This document shows positions 9,260 through 19,795 of a DNA stretch of 64,000 nt, piece after piece. A model generated the notes under the pieces. It was not told the origin of the DNA. It was given only the letters and a program-made list of their open reading frames with translations, and searched no databases. Positions within the stretch are counted from its first letter, which is position 1. Each line of letters starts with the position of its first letter. A program made the translations under genes and the position numbers. Source of the stretch: Promethearchaeota archaeon (GTDB lineage: Archaea > Asgardarchaeota > Lokiarchaeia > Sigyniarchaeales > SOKP01); NCBI GenBank assembly GCA_019058295.1, contig JAHPZI010000030.1, forward strand, positions 96,001 to 160,000. Reading direction: 5' to 3'.

Positions 9260-9673
9260 TTGGCAGAAATGCTAACAGACTTGTTGCAAAATATTTATAA
9301 ACGTATTGCACAATTAGGGCAAGCAATTCAAGGTTTAAAGAATACTTTAGACGAATTAAACATGAATATTGAGCAGAAAATAAGCAATTTGAATGAAAAA
9401 ATCTCAGAATTCTCAAGAGAGATAAATGTAACTCAAACAATATATATCGACGCATTAAAAGAGATTGGAGAAGGAATTAAAAATGAGTTTGGAAAAATTC
9501 GACAAGGTTTTGCACTCGATTCCTTTGAAAAAATGCTTTCTTCACTCGAAGATTTTGAAAAATTAGCCTCTGAAGTGCTAAATCAAGATACTGTAAATTT
9601 ACTTTTATCAGAAGCAATTGAGTCTGTAAATAAAATGAAAAAGAATCTACGTGAGGAGGAGGTGAGTAGTTAA
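9260..9673 (+). CDS. Coiled-coil protein
   Basis: 137 aa, heptad-rich, TTG start. Confidence 0.7.
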   Translation: MAEMLTDLLQNIYKRIAQLGQAIQGLKNTLDELNMNIEQKISNLNEKISEFSREINVTQTIYIDALKEIGEGIKNEFGKIRQGFALDSFEKMLSSLEDFEKLASEVLNQDTVNLLLSEAIESVNKMKKNLREEEVSS

Positions 9674-9674
9674 T

Positions 9675-10091
9675 TTGGCTGAACAACTCTTAGACCAAAT
9701 GATTGAACAAATTAACTCAATTACCCAATCATTGGACGGTACAATTGCCCAAATTCAGAATATGGGTAATGCTATTAATGCTATGAGTCAAAAATTTAGT
9801 GAGGAGACCGTAAGCCTAACGGAGAATATCAGGTTAATCGTAGAAGTTTTAAAACAATTTCGCGTGCAGTCTTCTAAAAGTTTGAAAGATTTATCTGATG
9901 AATTAGGTGAAAAAATACAAGAATTATGGGATAAAAATTCTATAGACACTATCCTAAAACAAGAAAAGAAGGCAATTGACGCAATAAGACAAGGAGAAAA
10001 AGCTGTTTCCAATAATCTATATTACGCCCAATTACTTTCTATAATTCGTTCTATTAGAGAAGAAACAAATAGAGTTTTAAAAAAAACTTAA
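9675..10091 (+). CDS. Coiled-coil protein, probable paralog of the preceding gene
   Basis: 138 aa, MAEQLLD vs MAEMLTD start, similar length, 1-nt spacing. Confidence 0.7.
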   Translation: MAEQLLDQMIEQINSITQSLDGTIAQIQNMGNAINAMSQKFSEETVSLTENIRLIVEVLKQFRVQSSKSLKDLSDELGEKIQELWDKNSIDTILKQEKKAIDAIRQGEKAVSNNLYYAQLLSIIRSIREETNRVLKKT

Positions 10092-10155
10092 GTTAATTTT
10101 TTTTTAACATTTAAAATTACTTTTTAATAGTTAACTTTAAGGTGACTTAAATTTT

Positions 10156-11052
10156 ATGCCAAAAGGCTTATTTATTGTATTATTGCCAAGAGAAGCGGAT
10201 TATAAAATTCTAGGCTATTATTTAAAAAACACTGAAATAGATTTCGAAGTATCAAATGATTTGTTTTTAAGGCTAAATTTAGACCACTCAAAGAATACAT
10301 TTAATTTTTTAAAATTAAAAAATTATATTATAATTTCTTATCTTCATAATTTCACAGGAAAAATAAGTCGAAAAGCCTCTGGAATAATAGTTGGAGTATT
10401 ACTAAACGAGGGTGAAGAACCCGAAAAATTTAGAGCTCCGATGAAAAATACCGCAATTTCTATAGAATCTTTAAACTTTTTAGAGATTCCAAAAGAAGAA
10501 TTTGAAGAAAAATTAAAAGCCATTTATGAAAAACATATTGAAACGTTAGATGATATTTTAAACGCTGATGCATTAAAAGAAAGTATAATCAATCTAACTA
10601 AAGAAATGTTAAGCGAAGGTAAAAAAGAAAGAAGAATTGCGCAAGAATTATTACAAAAAATTGAAGATAAAGTGCATACAAAAATTTCTGAATATTATAA
10701 GGCTGCTGAGAGCGCTTTAAAATCGCTAGATTACGAAAGAGCTGGAAAGCTTTTCAATAAAGCCGCAGAAGTTGCAGAAGAGTTAAAAGTAAGAGATCTA
10801 GCTAAATCGTTAAGGGAGAGAGCTAGTTTATCTGTAGATATACCAGATTTGTCTAAAAAACGTGATGAAATCGTGAGAGAGGCAAGAAGCGCGTTAAGGA
10901 AAGAAGACTTCCACGCCGCTTATACATATTATAAAAAAGCAAGCGAGTTATCCAAAAAACTAATGCAAACTGAAAAAGAAGAAGAATATACTTTAAAGTC
11001 AAAAGCATTACAGGATTTTTATCAAGCAGAACAAAGATTTCAGAAAAAATAA
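10156..11052 (+). CDS. Protein with a possible longin/uDENN-like N-terminal domain and TPR-like helical C-terminus
   Basis: MPKGLFIV..ILGYY beta-rich start; C-terminal AE.AL...DYERAGKLFNKAAE and AR.AL...DFHAAYTYYKKASE repeats. Confidence 0.55.
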   Translation: MPKGLFIVLLPREADYKILGYYLKNTEIDFEVSNDLFLRLNLDHSKNTFNFLKLKNYIIISYLHNFTGKISRKASGIIVGVLLNEGEEPEKFRAPMKNTAISIESLNFLEIPKEEFEEKLKAIYEKHIETLDDILNADALKESIINLTKEMLSEGKKERRIAQELLQKIEDKVHTKISEYYKAAESALKSLDYERAGKLFNKAAEVAEELKVRDLAKSLRERASLSVDIPDLSKKRDEIVREARSALRKEDFHAAYTYYKKASELSKKLMQTEKEEEYTLKSKALQDFYQAEQRFQKK

Positions 11053-11071
11053 TAATTGTAATGACAGAATC

Positions 11072-11887
11072 TTGACAAATATTATTGCTATTTTAACTGA
11101 TTTTGGTCCTCTTGGAGGTCATTATGTCGCAAGTATGAAGGGTATCATTCTAAAAATTAATCCTAATGTTAAAATCATTGATATCACTCAAAATATTTCC
11201 TCTTATTCTATAATTGAAGGATCATATCTTATTAAAACTACATATAAACATTTCCCTGAACATTCAGTTTTTGTAGTAGTAGTCGATCCTGGTGTTGGTA
11301 GTTCAAGAGAAATTCTTGCCTTCAAATCTGATTCTAACTATTATTTTATTGGACCTAACAATGGTATATTTTCAACCATATTCTCAAATGAAAAAATTGT
11401 TGAATGCGTAATCGTTAACAATGATGAATATTTCAATAAACCTGTCTCAAATACATTTCACGGACGAGATATTATGGCTCCTATAGCCGCTCATATTACC
11501 CTTGGAGTCCCCCTACGTAAATTTGGTCCTAACTTCAATTTAGATAATTTAACTGAGATTAACGTTGAGTATAGAGTAATTCCTAATGAGAGAACTATTC
11601 ATTGCACAGTACAATACATTGATAATTTTGGAAATATAACAACAAATATCCCAATAAAAGATAACTTAATTGAAGGATCATCTCTCTCACTAAAAGATAC
11701 AATAGAATTAGAATCTAAAAACAAAAAATATCGGGGGAAATTTGTAACCCATTTTGCTAGCGAATCTCTCCATTCTTTATTATTTCTTGTTGGATCCACT
11801 GGTTATCTTGAAATCTCGAAGAATCAAGGAAATGCTGCTAAAGATTTCATACTTAAAGTAGGTGATATTATTACTATTAGAATATGA
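11072..11887 (+). CDS. SAM hydroxide adenosyltransferase (DUF62, chlorinase/fluorinase family)
   Basis: LTDFG, YV..MKG, VVDPGVGS.R, GPNNG, TFHGRDI, YIDNFGN. Confidence 0.93.
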   Translation: MTNIIAILTDFGPLGGHYVASMKGIILKINPNVKIIDITQNISSYSIIEGSYLIKTTYKHFPEHSVFVVVVDPGVGSSREILAFKSDSNYYFIGPNNGIFSTIFSNEKIVECVIVNNDEYFNKPVSNTFHGRDIMAPIAAHITLGVPLRKFGPNFNLDNLTEINVEYRVIPNERTIHCTVQYIDNFGNITTNIPIKDNLIEGSSLSLKDTIELESKNKKYRGKFVTHFASESLHSLLFLVGSTGYLEISKNQGNAAKDFILKVGDIITIRI

Positions 11888-11898
11888 GGTATTATTGA

Positions 11899-13035
11899 AT
11901 GAAATCAAATGATGAAATTTTAGCCTGTATCAAAAAAGAAGATATTAAATATCTACAAGCGGGGCAACTTTCCAATTATATCTTTCCTATGAACCGTAGT
12001 GAAGCTCATCAGAAAAAGATTAGCCACCTCATCGTTCGACTCTTTTTAATGGCAATTACAGCTGATAACAAAATCCTATATTTAGTACAAAAAAGAGGTA
12101 AAAGTAAAAGAGGGTATCCTGAATACTTCACAGATTCCGCTTCAGGCCATGTTGAATATAAAGATAAATTAACGCTTAATGACATAAAAAAAAATGCGTT
12201 AAGAGAGCTTGAAGAAGAATTTGGGATTGCTGAAAAATATATTCAAAAGATTTTATTCTACAATTTACACACTGAAGAAGATAGCTTCACTCCAGAAATC
12301 GCATACATTTTTTTCGCGTTAGTTGACTACCCTATCAAACTATACCCAAATCCCAGTGAGTTAGAACTCAACGGGAGCCAGTTTTATACCAAAGAGGAGC
12401 TAAAAAATTTAATGAATTATGAAAAATTAGTTGATTATTCTCGAGAAATCTGGGAATTTTTATTGAAACAGAATATAAAAACACTTTTTGAGAAAAAACA
12501 AGGCTCTAAAATCGAAAAAGATAAAGTAGGATTGTTTATTGGAAGATTTCAGCCATTTCATAATGGTCATTTATATGTGATAAAAAAAATGTTAAAGAAG
12601 TGTGAAAAAGTCAAATTAGGAATTGGGAGCTCCCAATTCTCTCATACTATGAATGATCCTTTCTCTGCAGAAGAAAGAAAGCAATTTATCATATCTACAT
12701 TAGAATTCGAAAAGATACCTAAGGAAAGGATTGAAATCTTTGACATAGTTGATATTTTTAATGCTCAAAAATGGGTCGATCACGTAATAGGTATAATCGG
12801 AGATGTCGATATTATTTATTCTAATAGCGACTGGGTGAGAACTCTATTTACTAACAAGAGTTATCTGGTCGCAGACAAATTACCCTTGAAAATGGATAAA
12901 TTAAATGCTACACGCATCAGAGATCTAATCTACAATGATGATGATGAATGGCTAGATTTAGTACCTAAAGAAGTCTCAAAATTAATTAAAGAATTTAAAG
13001 GGATTGAAAGAATAAAATCGCTTAAAAATAATTAA
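11899..13035 (+). CDS. Fusion of an IDI-like Nudix domain (N-terminal) and nicotinamide-nucleotide adenylyltransferase (C-terminal)
   Basis: QKR..K..YP...TDSASGH, ALRELEEEFG; then IGRFQPFHNGH, GS.Q.SH...DPF.A.ER, NATRIR. Confidence 0.88.
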   Translation: MKSNDEILACIKKEDIKYLQAGQLSNYIFPMNRSEAHQKKISHLIVRLFLMAITADNKILYLVQKRGKSKRGYPEYFTDSASGHVEYKDKLTLNDIKKNALRELEEEFGIAEKYIQKILFYNLHTEEDSFTPEIAYIFFALVDYPIKLYPNPSELELNGSQFYTKEELKNLMNYEKLVDYSREIWEFLLKQNIKTLFEKKQGSKIEKDKVGLFIGRFQPFHNGHLYVIKKMLKKCEKVKLGIGSSQFSHTMNDPFSAEERKQFIISTLEFEKIPKERIEIFDIVDIFNAQKWVDHVIGIIGDVDIIYSNSDWVRTLFTNKSYLVADKLPLKMDKLNATRIRDLIYNDDDEWLDLVPKEVSKLIKEFKGIERIKSLKNN

Positions 13036-13040
13036 AGGAT

Positions 13041-14138
13041 TTATTTCATATAGTCTAATCTTGATTCACTTTCAGGTTTTTCGTAAAAAATTAACTTATT
13101 TTTATCCAATTTAATGTAAAAACCTTTTTCTCTAATCGTTTCAAAAATTTTGAATTTTATCTCGTTATTGTTAAATTCTGAACTTAATTCAGGTGTTTTA
13201 TATTTGACGTATTCAATAATATCCCTTAATAAAGCGGAAGTTGAAATCGAGGAAAATAAATCCAATGCATCTTCTATCCTTTTCAATAATGTTGAAACCA
13301 TATCAAATTTAGACTTAGCTTTCTCAATTTTTTCATAAAGTTTAAGTGCCTCATTACTTTGATTAAGCTCCAAAGATCGATTACATGCGTCAAGAGCCCT
13401 TTTATATGCTTTTGCCACATAAAACCCATTAGCTAAATTATTCCACATTATAGAATCATTGCTGTTATCATTAATCATGTTTTTATATATTTTGATCATA
13501 TTTGAAAAAGGCAAATCGTAAAGCCAATCTATTTCAAAAGCTTTTGTATAAGCATCAATCGCTTCAGCGTATAGTTTCTTGCAATAATAGACCCACCCAA
13601 TATTATTCCAAGCGATCTTAGAGTATTTATCGAGCTTTAAAGCTTTCTTGTAAGCGGCTATTGCCTCATCATATTCCTCCAAGAACCTATGAGCTCGTCC
13701 TAAATCTATCCAATTCGCAGTATTTAAATGATCTATATTTAACGCTTTTTTCAACACTTTTATCACGTCGGTATACTCTTCTCTCTCGAAATAGATATTT
13801 GTAAGATTTACCAAAGGAACATCGTAAGATGGATCTATTTCTAAAGATTTCTTATACAATTCAATAGCTTCTTCTATTTGACCCTGGCATTCTTTAGTGT
13901 AACCTATGTTGTTCAGAGCTGTTTTATTGTCTGGTTCGATGTCTAAAACCCGATCATAATAATCAATAGCTCTATCATATTCTTCTAAATGTCGATAAGA
14001 TAACCCTATTTTAATAAGCAAATCTATATTATTAGGCTCTAAATCCAAGGCCCTTTTATATACATTAATGGCCTCATTATATTTGCCTTTATCGAAATAA
14101 TTACTTCCTTTGTCCATTAATTCTTTAGCTTTAGCCAT
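13041..14138 (-). CDS. TPR-repeat protein
   Basis: Multiple 34-aa Y..AI..Y..AL.L.P repeats. Confidence 0.9.
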   Translation of the reverse strand: MAKAKELMDKGSNYFDKGKYNEAINVYKRALDLEPNNIDLLIKIGLSYRHLEEYDRAIDYYDRVLDIEPDNKTALNNIGYTKECQGQIEEAIELYKKSLEIDPSYDVPLVNLTNIYFEREEYTDVIKVLKKALNIDHLNTANWIDLGRAHRFLEEYDEAIAAYKKALKLDKYSKIAWNNIGWVYYCKKLYAEAIDAYTKAFEIDWLYDLPFSNMIKIYKNMINDNSNDSIMWNNLANGFYVAKAYKRALDACNRSLELNQSNEALKLYEKIEKAKSKFDMVSTLLKRIEDALDLFSSISTSALLRDIIEYVKYKTPELSSEFNNNEIKFKIFETIREKGFYIKLDKNKLIFYEKPESESRLDYMK

Positions 14139-14297
14139 TATTTTAACCTTAAATTATTTCTTTCCTATTAATATGAATAAAAAATGGTTAGAATAAATTA
14201 ACACTAACTCTTTATGTATTATATAGTGTAGCATTTTTAATAATTGTTTTAAATCATACTAATTATTTAAATTAAAAAAAAAAAGAGAAATAGAATT

Positions 14298-16589
14298 ATG
14301 ATAACGAGATTATTAGAATCCAATGGAGTTGTTCAACATAGAGTAGATAGCATAAAACTTCAAAAAAAAGAAGGAGATTCATTAATTTTTGATACTTCAA
14401 TTAATATCAGGAAAGGAACTCTTAACGACTCTTTTAATGGATTTGAAGATCTTTCTGAAGCATTTAAAGAATATAGAAAATTGAAAGAAAGTCCAGGGGC
14501 TCTCCGAATTGATGTTATTACTGATAGCATTATACGGATTCGCTATAAAGAAGCAGAAAAAGTAAATAATAATGAAAATCCTATGGTTATAGGAAGGTTT
14601 GAGGGTCCCTCAAAACTGAAAATAAAGAAAGGATCAAAACAAATTTTAATTACGACTGGACAAATATTTTTTTCTATAAGACTAAAACCGTTCCGAATAG
14701 AAATATTTACTCTAAATAATGTTAAACTATGTGGTATAAGTGGATTAGAAAAAAATAATTTTAACAATTGGGATGCTTTTGGCACAGCTATTTGTTATTC
14801 AAAAAAAAATAATTCTCCAATTGGTGTAGAAAAGTTTGATCTTCATCCTCATGAAGCCATCTATGGATTTGGTGAGCAATTCACTAGATTAAATAAAGTA
14901 GGACAAACTCTTGATCTTATCATGAAGGAAGCGTTAGGCACAACTTCGCCCCGTAGCTATAAGAACACTCCTTTCTTCGTAAGTACCAAAGGTTATGGTG
15001 TATTTTTTAATCATTCATGTCCTATGACAGTGTGGGTTGGCAGCATGAGTGCTACCGATGTTCAAGTTGCTGTGGAAGATGATTTTCTAGATTATTATGT
15101 AATTTTAGGGAATATTAAAGAAATCTTATCGCAATATACTGATATTACTGGAAAAGGAGTGCTCCCTCCAAAATGGACATTTGGATATTGGCAAAGTAAA
15201 ATATCTTATAAATCAGCTGAAGAAACACTCAAAGTTGCTACGAAATTGCGAGAAAATGAGATTCCTTGTGATGTAATTCATATAGATACACACTGGTTTA
15301 AAAAAGATTGGTATTGTGATCTTGAATTTGATAAAGAGCGCTTTGCTGACCCTAAGAAGCTGTTTGAAGAATTATATAAAATGGGATTTAAAGTATCTTT
15401 ATGGCAACTTCCATACATACCTGAAGGTTCCAAATATTATGAAGAGTTAAAATCTGTTGATGGATTTGTTAAAACTAAGGAGGGAGAAATTTATGATACA
15501 GGGATTTGCATGGTTCAAGGATTCAAGGGAGTTTCCGCTTGTATTGATTTTACTAATCCAAAGGCAGTAGAGGTTTATCAAAAATGGATTGGTAAACTCC
15601 TCAAATTAGGGATTAAAGTTATTAAAACAGATTTTGGTGAAAGCGCACCTTTAGATGGTGTTTATTATGATAGAACACCAGGACATCGAATGCATAATCT
15701 TTATCCATTATTATATAATAAAGCTGCATGTCAAATTACAAAAGAGATGACTGGTGGGATTTGTATGTGGTCTCGTTCAGCATGGGCCGGCAATCAGCGT
15801 TATCCAGTTCATTGGGGTGGAGATAGTACATCAAATTGGGCTAATATAATACCTCAACTTGAAGGAGGATTATCCTTCGGACTTTCAGGATATCAATTCT
15901 GGAGTCAAGACATAGGAGGGTTTGCAGGTTTAACTATCGGCAAACTTCTTATACGTTGGATGCAACTAGGACTATTTCATTCACATAGTCGTATTCATGG
16001 GATGGGAAAGCGGGAAATCTATAAGTTCCGTCCAAATATCATGAGAATTTGTCGAGATTATATTCAGCTTCGATATCAACTTCTCCCTTATATTTATGGC
16101 TCTGCATTTGATTGTGTAGAAAAATCCCTTCCTATGACACGGGCATTAGTAATTGAATTTCAAGATGACCCTAACGTATGGAATATTTCAAATGAATTCA
16201 TGTTTGGAGATAATCTGCTCGTAGCTCCAATAACAGATGATACTAATACAAGAGAAATATATTTCCCCAAAGGTGTTTGGACTGACTGGTGGAATGGTGA
16301 ACGTATTAAGGGTGGAAAATGGATAAATGTTGAGGTAGATATTGAAACGTTACCACTTTATATTCGTGAAGGAGGAATTATTCCTATAGGTCCTGTCATG
16401 AATTATGTTGATGAAATTGAGACTGATGAAATTGAATTACGAATTGGTAAGTTCGAGGGAGATGGTAAATCAACATTTATGGTTCCTGTTAAAGATGACA
16501 GGATAAAGGTAGAATATATAGCATCAAATGATAAACATGAAATTAATGTAGGAAAAACTGATGTTAAATTTTTAATTAATATGGGATAA
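14298..16589 (+). CDS. GH31 glycoside hydrolase, alpha-xylosidase (YicI-like)
   Basis: YGFGEQF, KTDFGE nucleophile motif, HN.YP, HWGGD, WSQDIGGF, HSR.HG. Confidence 0.9.
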   Translation: MITRLLESNGVVQHRVDSIKLQKKEGDSLIFDTSINIRKGTLNDSFNGFEDLSEAFKEYRKLKESPGALRIDVITDSIIRIRYKEAEKVNNNENPMVIGRFEGPSKLKIKKGSKQILITTGQIFFSIRLKPFRIEIFTLNNVKLCGISGLEKNNFNNWDAFGTAICYSKKNNSPIGVEKFDLHPHEAIYGFGEQFTRLNKVGQTLDLIMKEALGTTSPRSYKNTPFFVSTKGYGVFFNHSCPMTVWVGSMSATDVQVAVEDDFLDYYVILGNIKEILSQYTDITGKGVLPPKWTFGYWQSKISYKSAEETLKVATKLRENEIPCDVIHIDTHWFKKDWYCDLEFDKERFADPKKLFEELYKMGFKVSLWQLPYIPEGSKYYEELKSVDGFVKTKEGEIYDTGICMVQGFKGVSACIDFTNPKAVEVYQKWIGKLLKLGIKVIKTDFGESAPLDGVYYDRTPGHRMHNLYPLLYNKAACQITKEMTGGICMWSRSAWAGNQRYPVHWGGDSTSNWANIIPQLEGGLSFGLSGYQFWSQDIGGFAGLTIGKLLIRWMQLGLFHSHSRIHGMGKREIYKFRPNIMRICRDYIQLRYQLLPYIYGSAFDCVEKSLPMTRALVIEFQDDPNVWNISNEFMFGDNLLVAPITDDTNTREIYFPKGVWTDWWNGERIKGGKWINVEVDIETLPLYIREGGIIPIGPVMNYVDEIETDEIELRIGKFEGDGKSTFMVPVKDDRIKVEYIASNDKHEINVGKTDVKFLINMG

Positions 16590-16657
16590 ACTGATGTTAA
16601 ATAATTATTTTAAATCAAATTAATTAAAATCAAAAAAAAAGAGAAAAAGAAGGATTA

Positions 16658-17725
16658 TTGAACGACACTTTTTTGGAAATAGATGGTTCTTTTGGAGAAG
16701 GGGGTGGTGCAATACTTCGATTAAGTGCTGGATATTCTATTCTATTTAATCAACCAATTAGAATTAATAACATACGTGCAAATCGTCCAAAACCAGGCTT
16801 AAGGTTGCAGCATGTATTAGGACTTAAAACTCTTGCTGAATTAACTAATAGTCAATTAAGTGAATGTAAAGTTGGCACGCGTGAAATAACATTAATCCCT
16901 AATAAACAGCTATTGCCCAAAATAAATGTTAATATCGCCACTGCTGCAAGTATTGGTCTTCTATTGCAACCAATTCAAATTGCTTGTTTGAATCTTAAAA
17001 GACTCAACCCAATCGAAATCTCTCTTTCAGGAGGAGGTACTTTTGGAAAATGGGCGCCTGACCTCAATTACCTTAATGAAGTTACATATAAAATCTTTAA
17101 AAATTCAGGATTAAACATTGAAATAAAAATTCAAAAACATGGATTTTATCCCAAAGGAGGAGCTCAAGTAAAATGTATCATATCTCCTCTTAAACAAAAT
17201 CTAATACCTATAAATTTAACAGAATTAGGAAATATTGATATAATTGAAGGTGAAATTATTATTACCAATCAATTAAGGAGAAAAAGAGATAATATAGCAG
17301 AAAGAATTCGAAAATCAATAAAACAGCAAATTAAAAGAAACCTAAAGATAGAAACAGAGATAAAATATACTTGGGTAAGTTCAACTAGTCCTGGAGTAGG
17401 GCTTTCTTTATGGGCTCACTCCGATAATGGTGCTATTATATCAACAGGAACTATTTTGGGAGAAAAACGCATTTCTTCGGAGAAACTCGGGATTATTGCA
17501 GCAGATGAACTGATAAAATATGTGAAAAACGAGATTCCAGTTGATAATTATTTAAGCGACCAATTAATACCGTTAATGGCTTACGTCAAGGAACAACCTT
17601 CCAGAATAAAAGTTTTAGAAATTACAAATCATACCAAAACAAATTTAGAGTTAATTAAAAAATTTATAAATCGAGATTATATAATTACCAAAGAAAAACA
17701 TTATTTTTTAATAGAATATCAATAA
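16658..17725 (+). CDS. rtcA: RNA 3'-terminal phosphate cyclase
   Basis: IDGS.GEGGG.ILR, IRANRPKPGL..QH, GFYPKGG, VD.YL.DQLI, H..TN. Confidence 0.95.
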   Translation: MNDTFLEIDGSFGEGGGAILRLSAGYSILFNQPIRINNIRANRPKPGLRLQHVLGLKTLAELTNSQLSECKVGTREITLIPNKQLLPKINVNIATAASIGLLLQPIQIACLNLKRLNPIEISLSGGGTFGKWAPDLNYLNEVTYKIFKNSGLNIEIKIQKHGFYPKGGAQVKCIISPLKQNLIPINLTELGNIDIIEGEIIITNQLRRKRDNIAERIRKSIKQQIKRNLKIETEIKYTWVSSTSPGVGLSLWAHSDNGAIISTGTILGEKRISSEKLGIIAADELIKYVKNEIPVDNYLSDQLIPLMAYVKEQPSRIKVLEITNHTKTNLELIKKFINRDYIITKEKHYFLIEYQ

Positions 17726-17817
17726 TCCCCTTTTTAATGAAACATTAATAATCAAAAGAAATTTTTATAAGATCATTATTATATGAATATTAAAATTAAT
17801 TTTCAAATTCTCTATAA

Positions 17818-18729
17818 ATGTCAACCACCGCACTCTTAAGATGTCCAAGATGTGGAAACGAAAATCCTGCTGATAGTTTTGTTTGTTCTTTCTGCGGCAA
17901 TAGATTAAAAATGGAGACTATTGAAAATTTTTTCCTATTTCGTCGAATTGAAGATCCCTGGATAACTCCACTCCCATGGTATATGAAAATCTATTATCTT
18001 TTTAGAGATCCAGCTCGCGCATTCAATGATATCAATCATAAAAGAAGTGCAGCTCCCGGTTATCTCATTTTGTTATTGAACTCTTTTTTATGGGGTCTTA
18101 TGGGTTTGGCTTTTATTTCACATTTTATATTTCAACCGCCTTCAATTAGATTTATTTTCGCATTTACATTTTTTTTAGTTTTTTTTACGTTTGGACTTAT
18201 TATCAATTTTATTTTTTATACAATTCTAACTTGGTTTTTTATTAAAGGTGCTAATTACTCCGTTGGATTTTCCGAAAGATTGGAACTCCGTTTTGGAGGT
18301 GAAAAAGAAATAAAAGAAATGCAAAAGAAAGCTGAAATGAGTCCATTTTCTATTTATAAAGGAGGTACACTATTACAAACACAAGAAGCGAATAAATATA
18401 AAATGCTGTTCTGCAGTTTTGCTCCCTTGTTATTAATTAACTCACTTAAAATTATTATAATTCTTGTTGCGTTCCCAACAGTTAACATTTATACTGAAAG
18501 TGAAATCTCTCCTATTGTTTTTAATAGTATATTTCAATCTCAAGTATGGGCCGTTCTTGATGTTATGGATGCCTTAACTATTGCAATATGGGTTCCTATT
18601 TTAATGACTCTCGCGATCAGAGACTTGTCTAATTCATCTACATTTCGTGTTTTAATATCATCTCTGATAATAGGTGGATTTGTTGCAGTCATCATATTTT
18701 TTCTGAGACCTACTCTCCTTGGAATTTAA
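17818..18729 (+). CDS. Zinc-ribbon plus Yip1-like multi-TM protein
   Basis: CPRCG..CSFCG; LFRDP.RAF..I before about five TM helices. Confidence 0.7.
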   Translation: MSTTALLRCPRCGNENPADSFVCSFCGNRLKMETIENFFLFRRIEDPWITPLPWYMKIYYLFRDPARAFNDINHKRSAAPGYLILLLNSFLWGLMGLAFISHFIFQPPSIRFIFAFTFFLVFFTFGLIINFIFYTILTWFFIKGANYSVGFSERLELRFGGEKEIKEMQKKAEMSPFSIYKGGTLLQTQEANKYKMLFCSFAPLLLINSLKIIIILVAFPTVNIYTESEISPIVFNSIFQSQVWAVLDVMDALTIAIWVPILMTLAIRDLSNSSTFRVLISSLIIGGFVAVIIFFLRPTLLGI

Positions 18730-19375
18730 AATGAAAGAAAATAAAGAATTTTACGTTGAAATAGAATCTGAAATCTTTTCTTTAGTCAATTCAATAAATA
18801 ATTTATATTTTAAATACCAAGAAGGAACAATTAAAGACGAGTTTTTCCAAAAAGCCGTTAAAAACGCTATGAATGGTTTGTTAAAGATTGAGTCATACTT
18901 AAGAGAGAAAAATATTACCCTTTCAGATTTCATTGAAAAAATGAATTTCGTTAAAGAATATGATAATGCAATTAAAATATTTAAAGAGATCTCAAATCTA
19001 GATCCATCTAACGAATTTATTGAAAGTAATAATGGAATCATTTCCCAATCTACGGAAAAAATGAAGTCATACATTTTAGAACTGCCTGGAATTGCTTCAG
19101 AGATAACATCTTCATTTATAACGCTTATGGATGCGTTAAAACTAGAAGGACAAAGCCATCTTATAATAAAACTCATGAAAGAATTAAAAGCTAATATTAA
19201 GAAATTTGATTTTCCCGGATTGGAAGATATTCAACTTAAAATAAAAAAGATTTATAAAAAAGCCTCAAAAAATAAGACTAAACTCGTTAGTGACACTCAA
19301 TTCAGAGAAAAAATAGTAGATCGGCTGTATTCTGTTTTAAAAGAATTTCAGCAAAATCTAAATGTAAAAACTTAA
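18719..19375 (+). CDS. vps28: ESCRT-I subunit Vps28 homolog (start probably ATG 18731)
   Basis: EIFSLV..I..L...Y..G.I N-terminal motif and SEITSSFITLMDALKL matching the Vps28 FIT.MD.L.L signature. Confidence 0.8.
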   Translation: MEFKMKENKEFYVEIESEIFSLVNSINNLYFKYQEGTIKDEFFQKAVKNAMNGLLKIESYLREKNITLSDFIEKMNFVKEYDNAIKIFKEISNLDPSNEFIESNNGIISQSTEKMKSYILELPGIASEITSSFITLMDALKLEGQSHLIIKLMKELKANIKKFDFPGLEDIQLKIKKIYKKASKNKTKLVSDTQFREKIVDRLYSVLKEFQQNLNVKT

Positions 19376-19476
19376 GTAAAATAATAAAATTAATATTTCT
19401 TCTATAATTTGAGAAGATATTAGTTTATCAATAATTTTTAGTACTATAATCATTATCATTATAGGTATGAATTAAA

Positions 19477-19746
19477 ATGCCACGACCTGGTTTGAGATCT
19501 CACTCGCAAGCACGAAAAAAAATAAGAACCCCCGGAAATCGGAATGTAGTGCATTATTGGAGAAGAAAACCTAAAAAGAGCCATTGTGCCATCTGTAAAA
19601 ATCCAATACCCTCTATCCCAAAACTAAGACCCTCAAAAATGAAAAAGACTGATAAAATCACAAGAAGACCCAATAGATTGGAAAGTGGAAGGTATTGTAG
19701 TAAATGTCTTCAAGATTTAATAAAACAAGCAGTTTGGAACCAATAA
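19477..19746 (+). CDS. rpl34e: Ribosomal protein eL34
   Basis: MPRP..RS, RTPG, C..C..P, RRPNR, CSKCL. Confidence 0.95.
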   Translation: MPRPGLRSHSQARKKIRTPGNRNVVHYWRRKPKKSHCAICKNPIPSIPKLRPSKMKKTDKITRRPNRLESGRYCSKCLQDLIKQAVWNQ

Positions 19747-19795
19747 TAACTTTTTATTATAGAAAACAACTTTTCTGTTTCTACACCCTTTAAAA

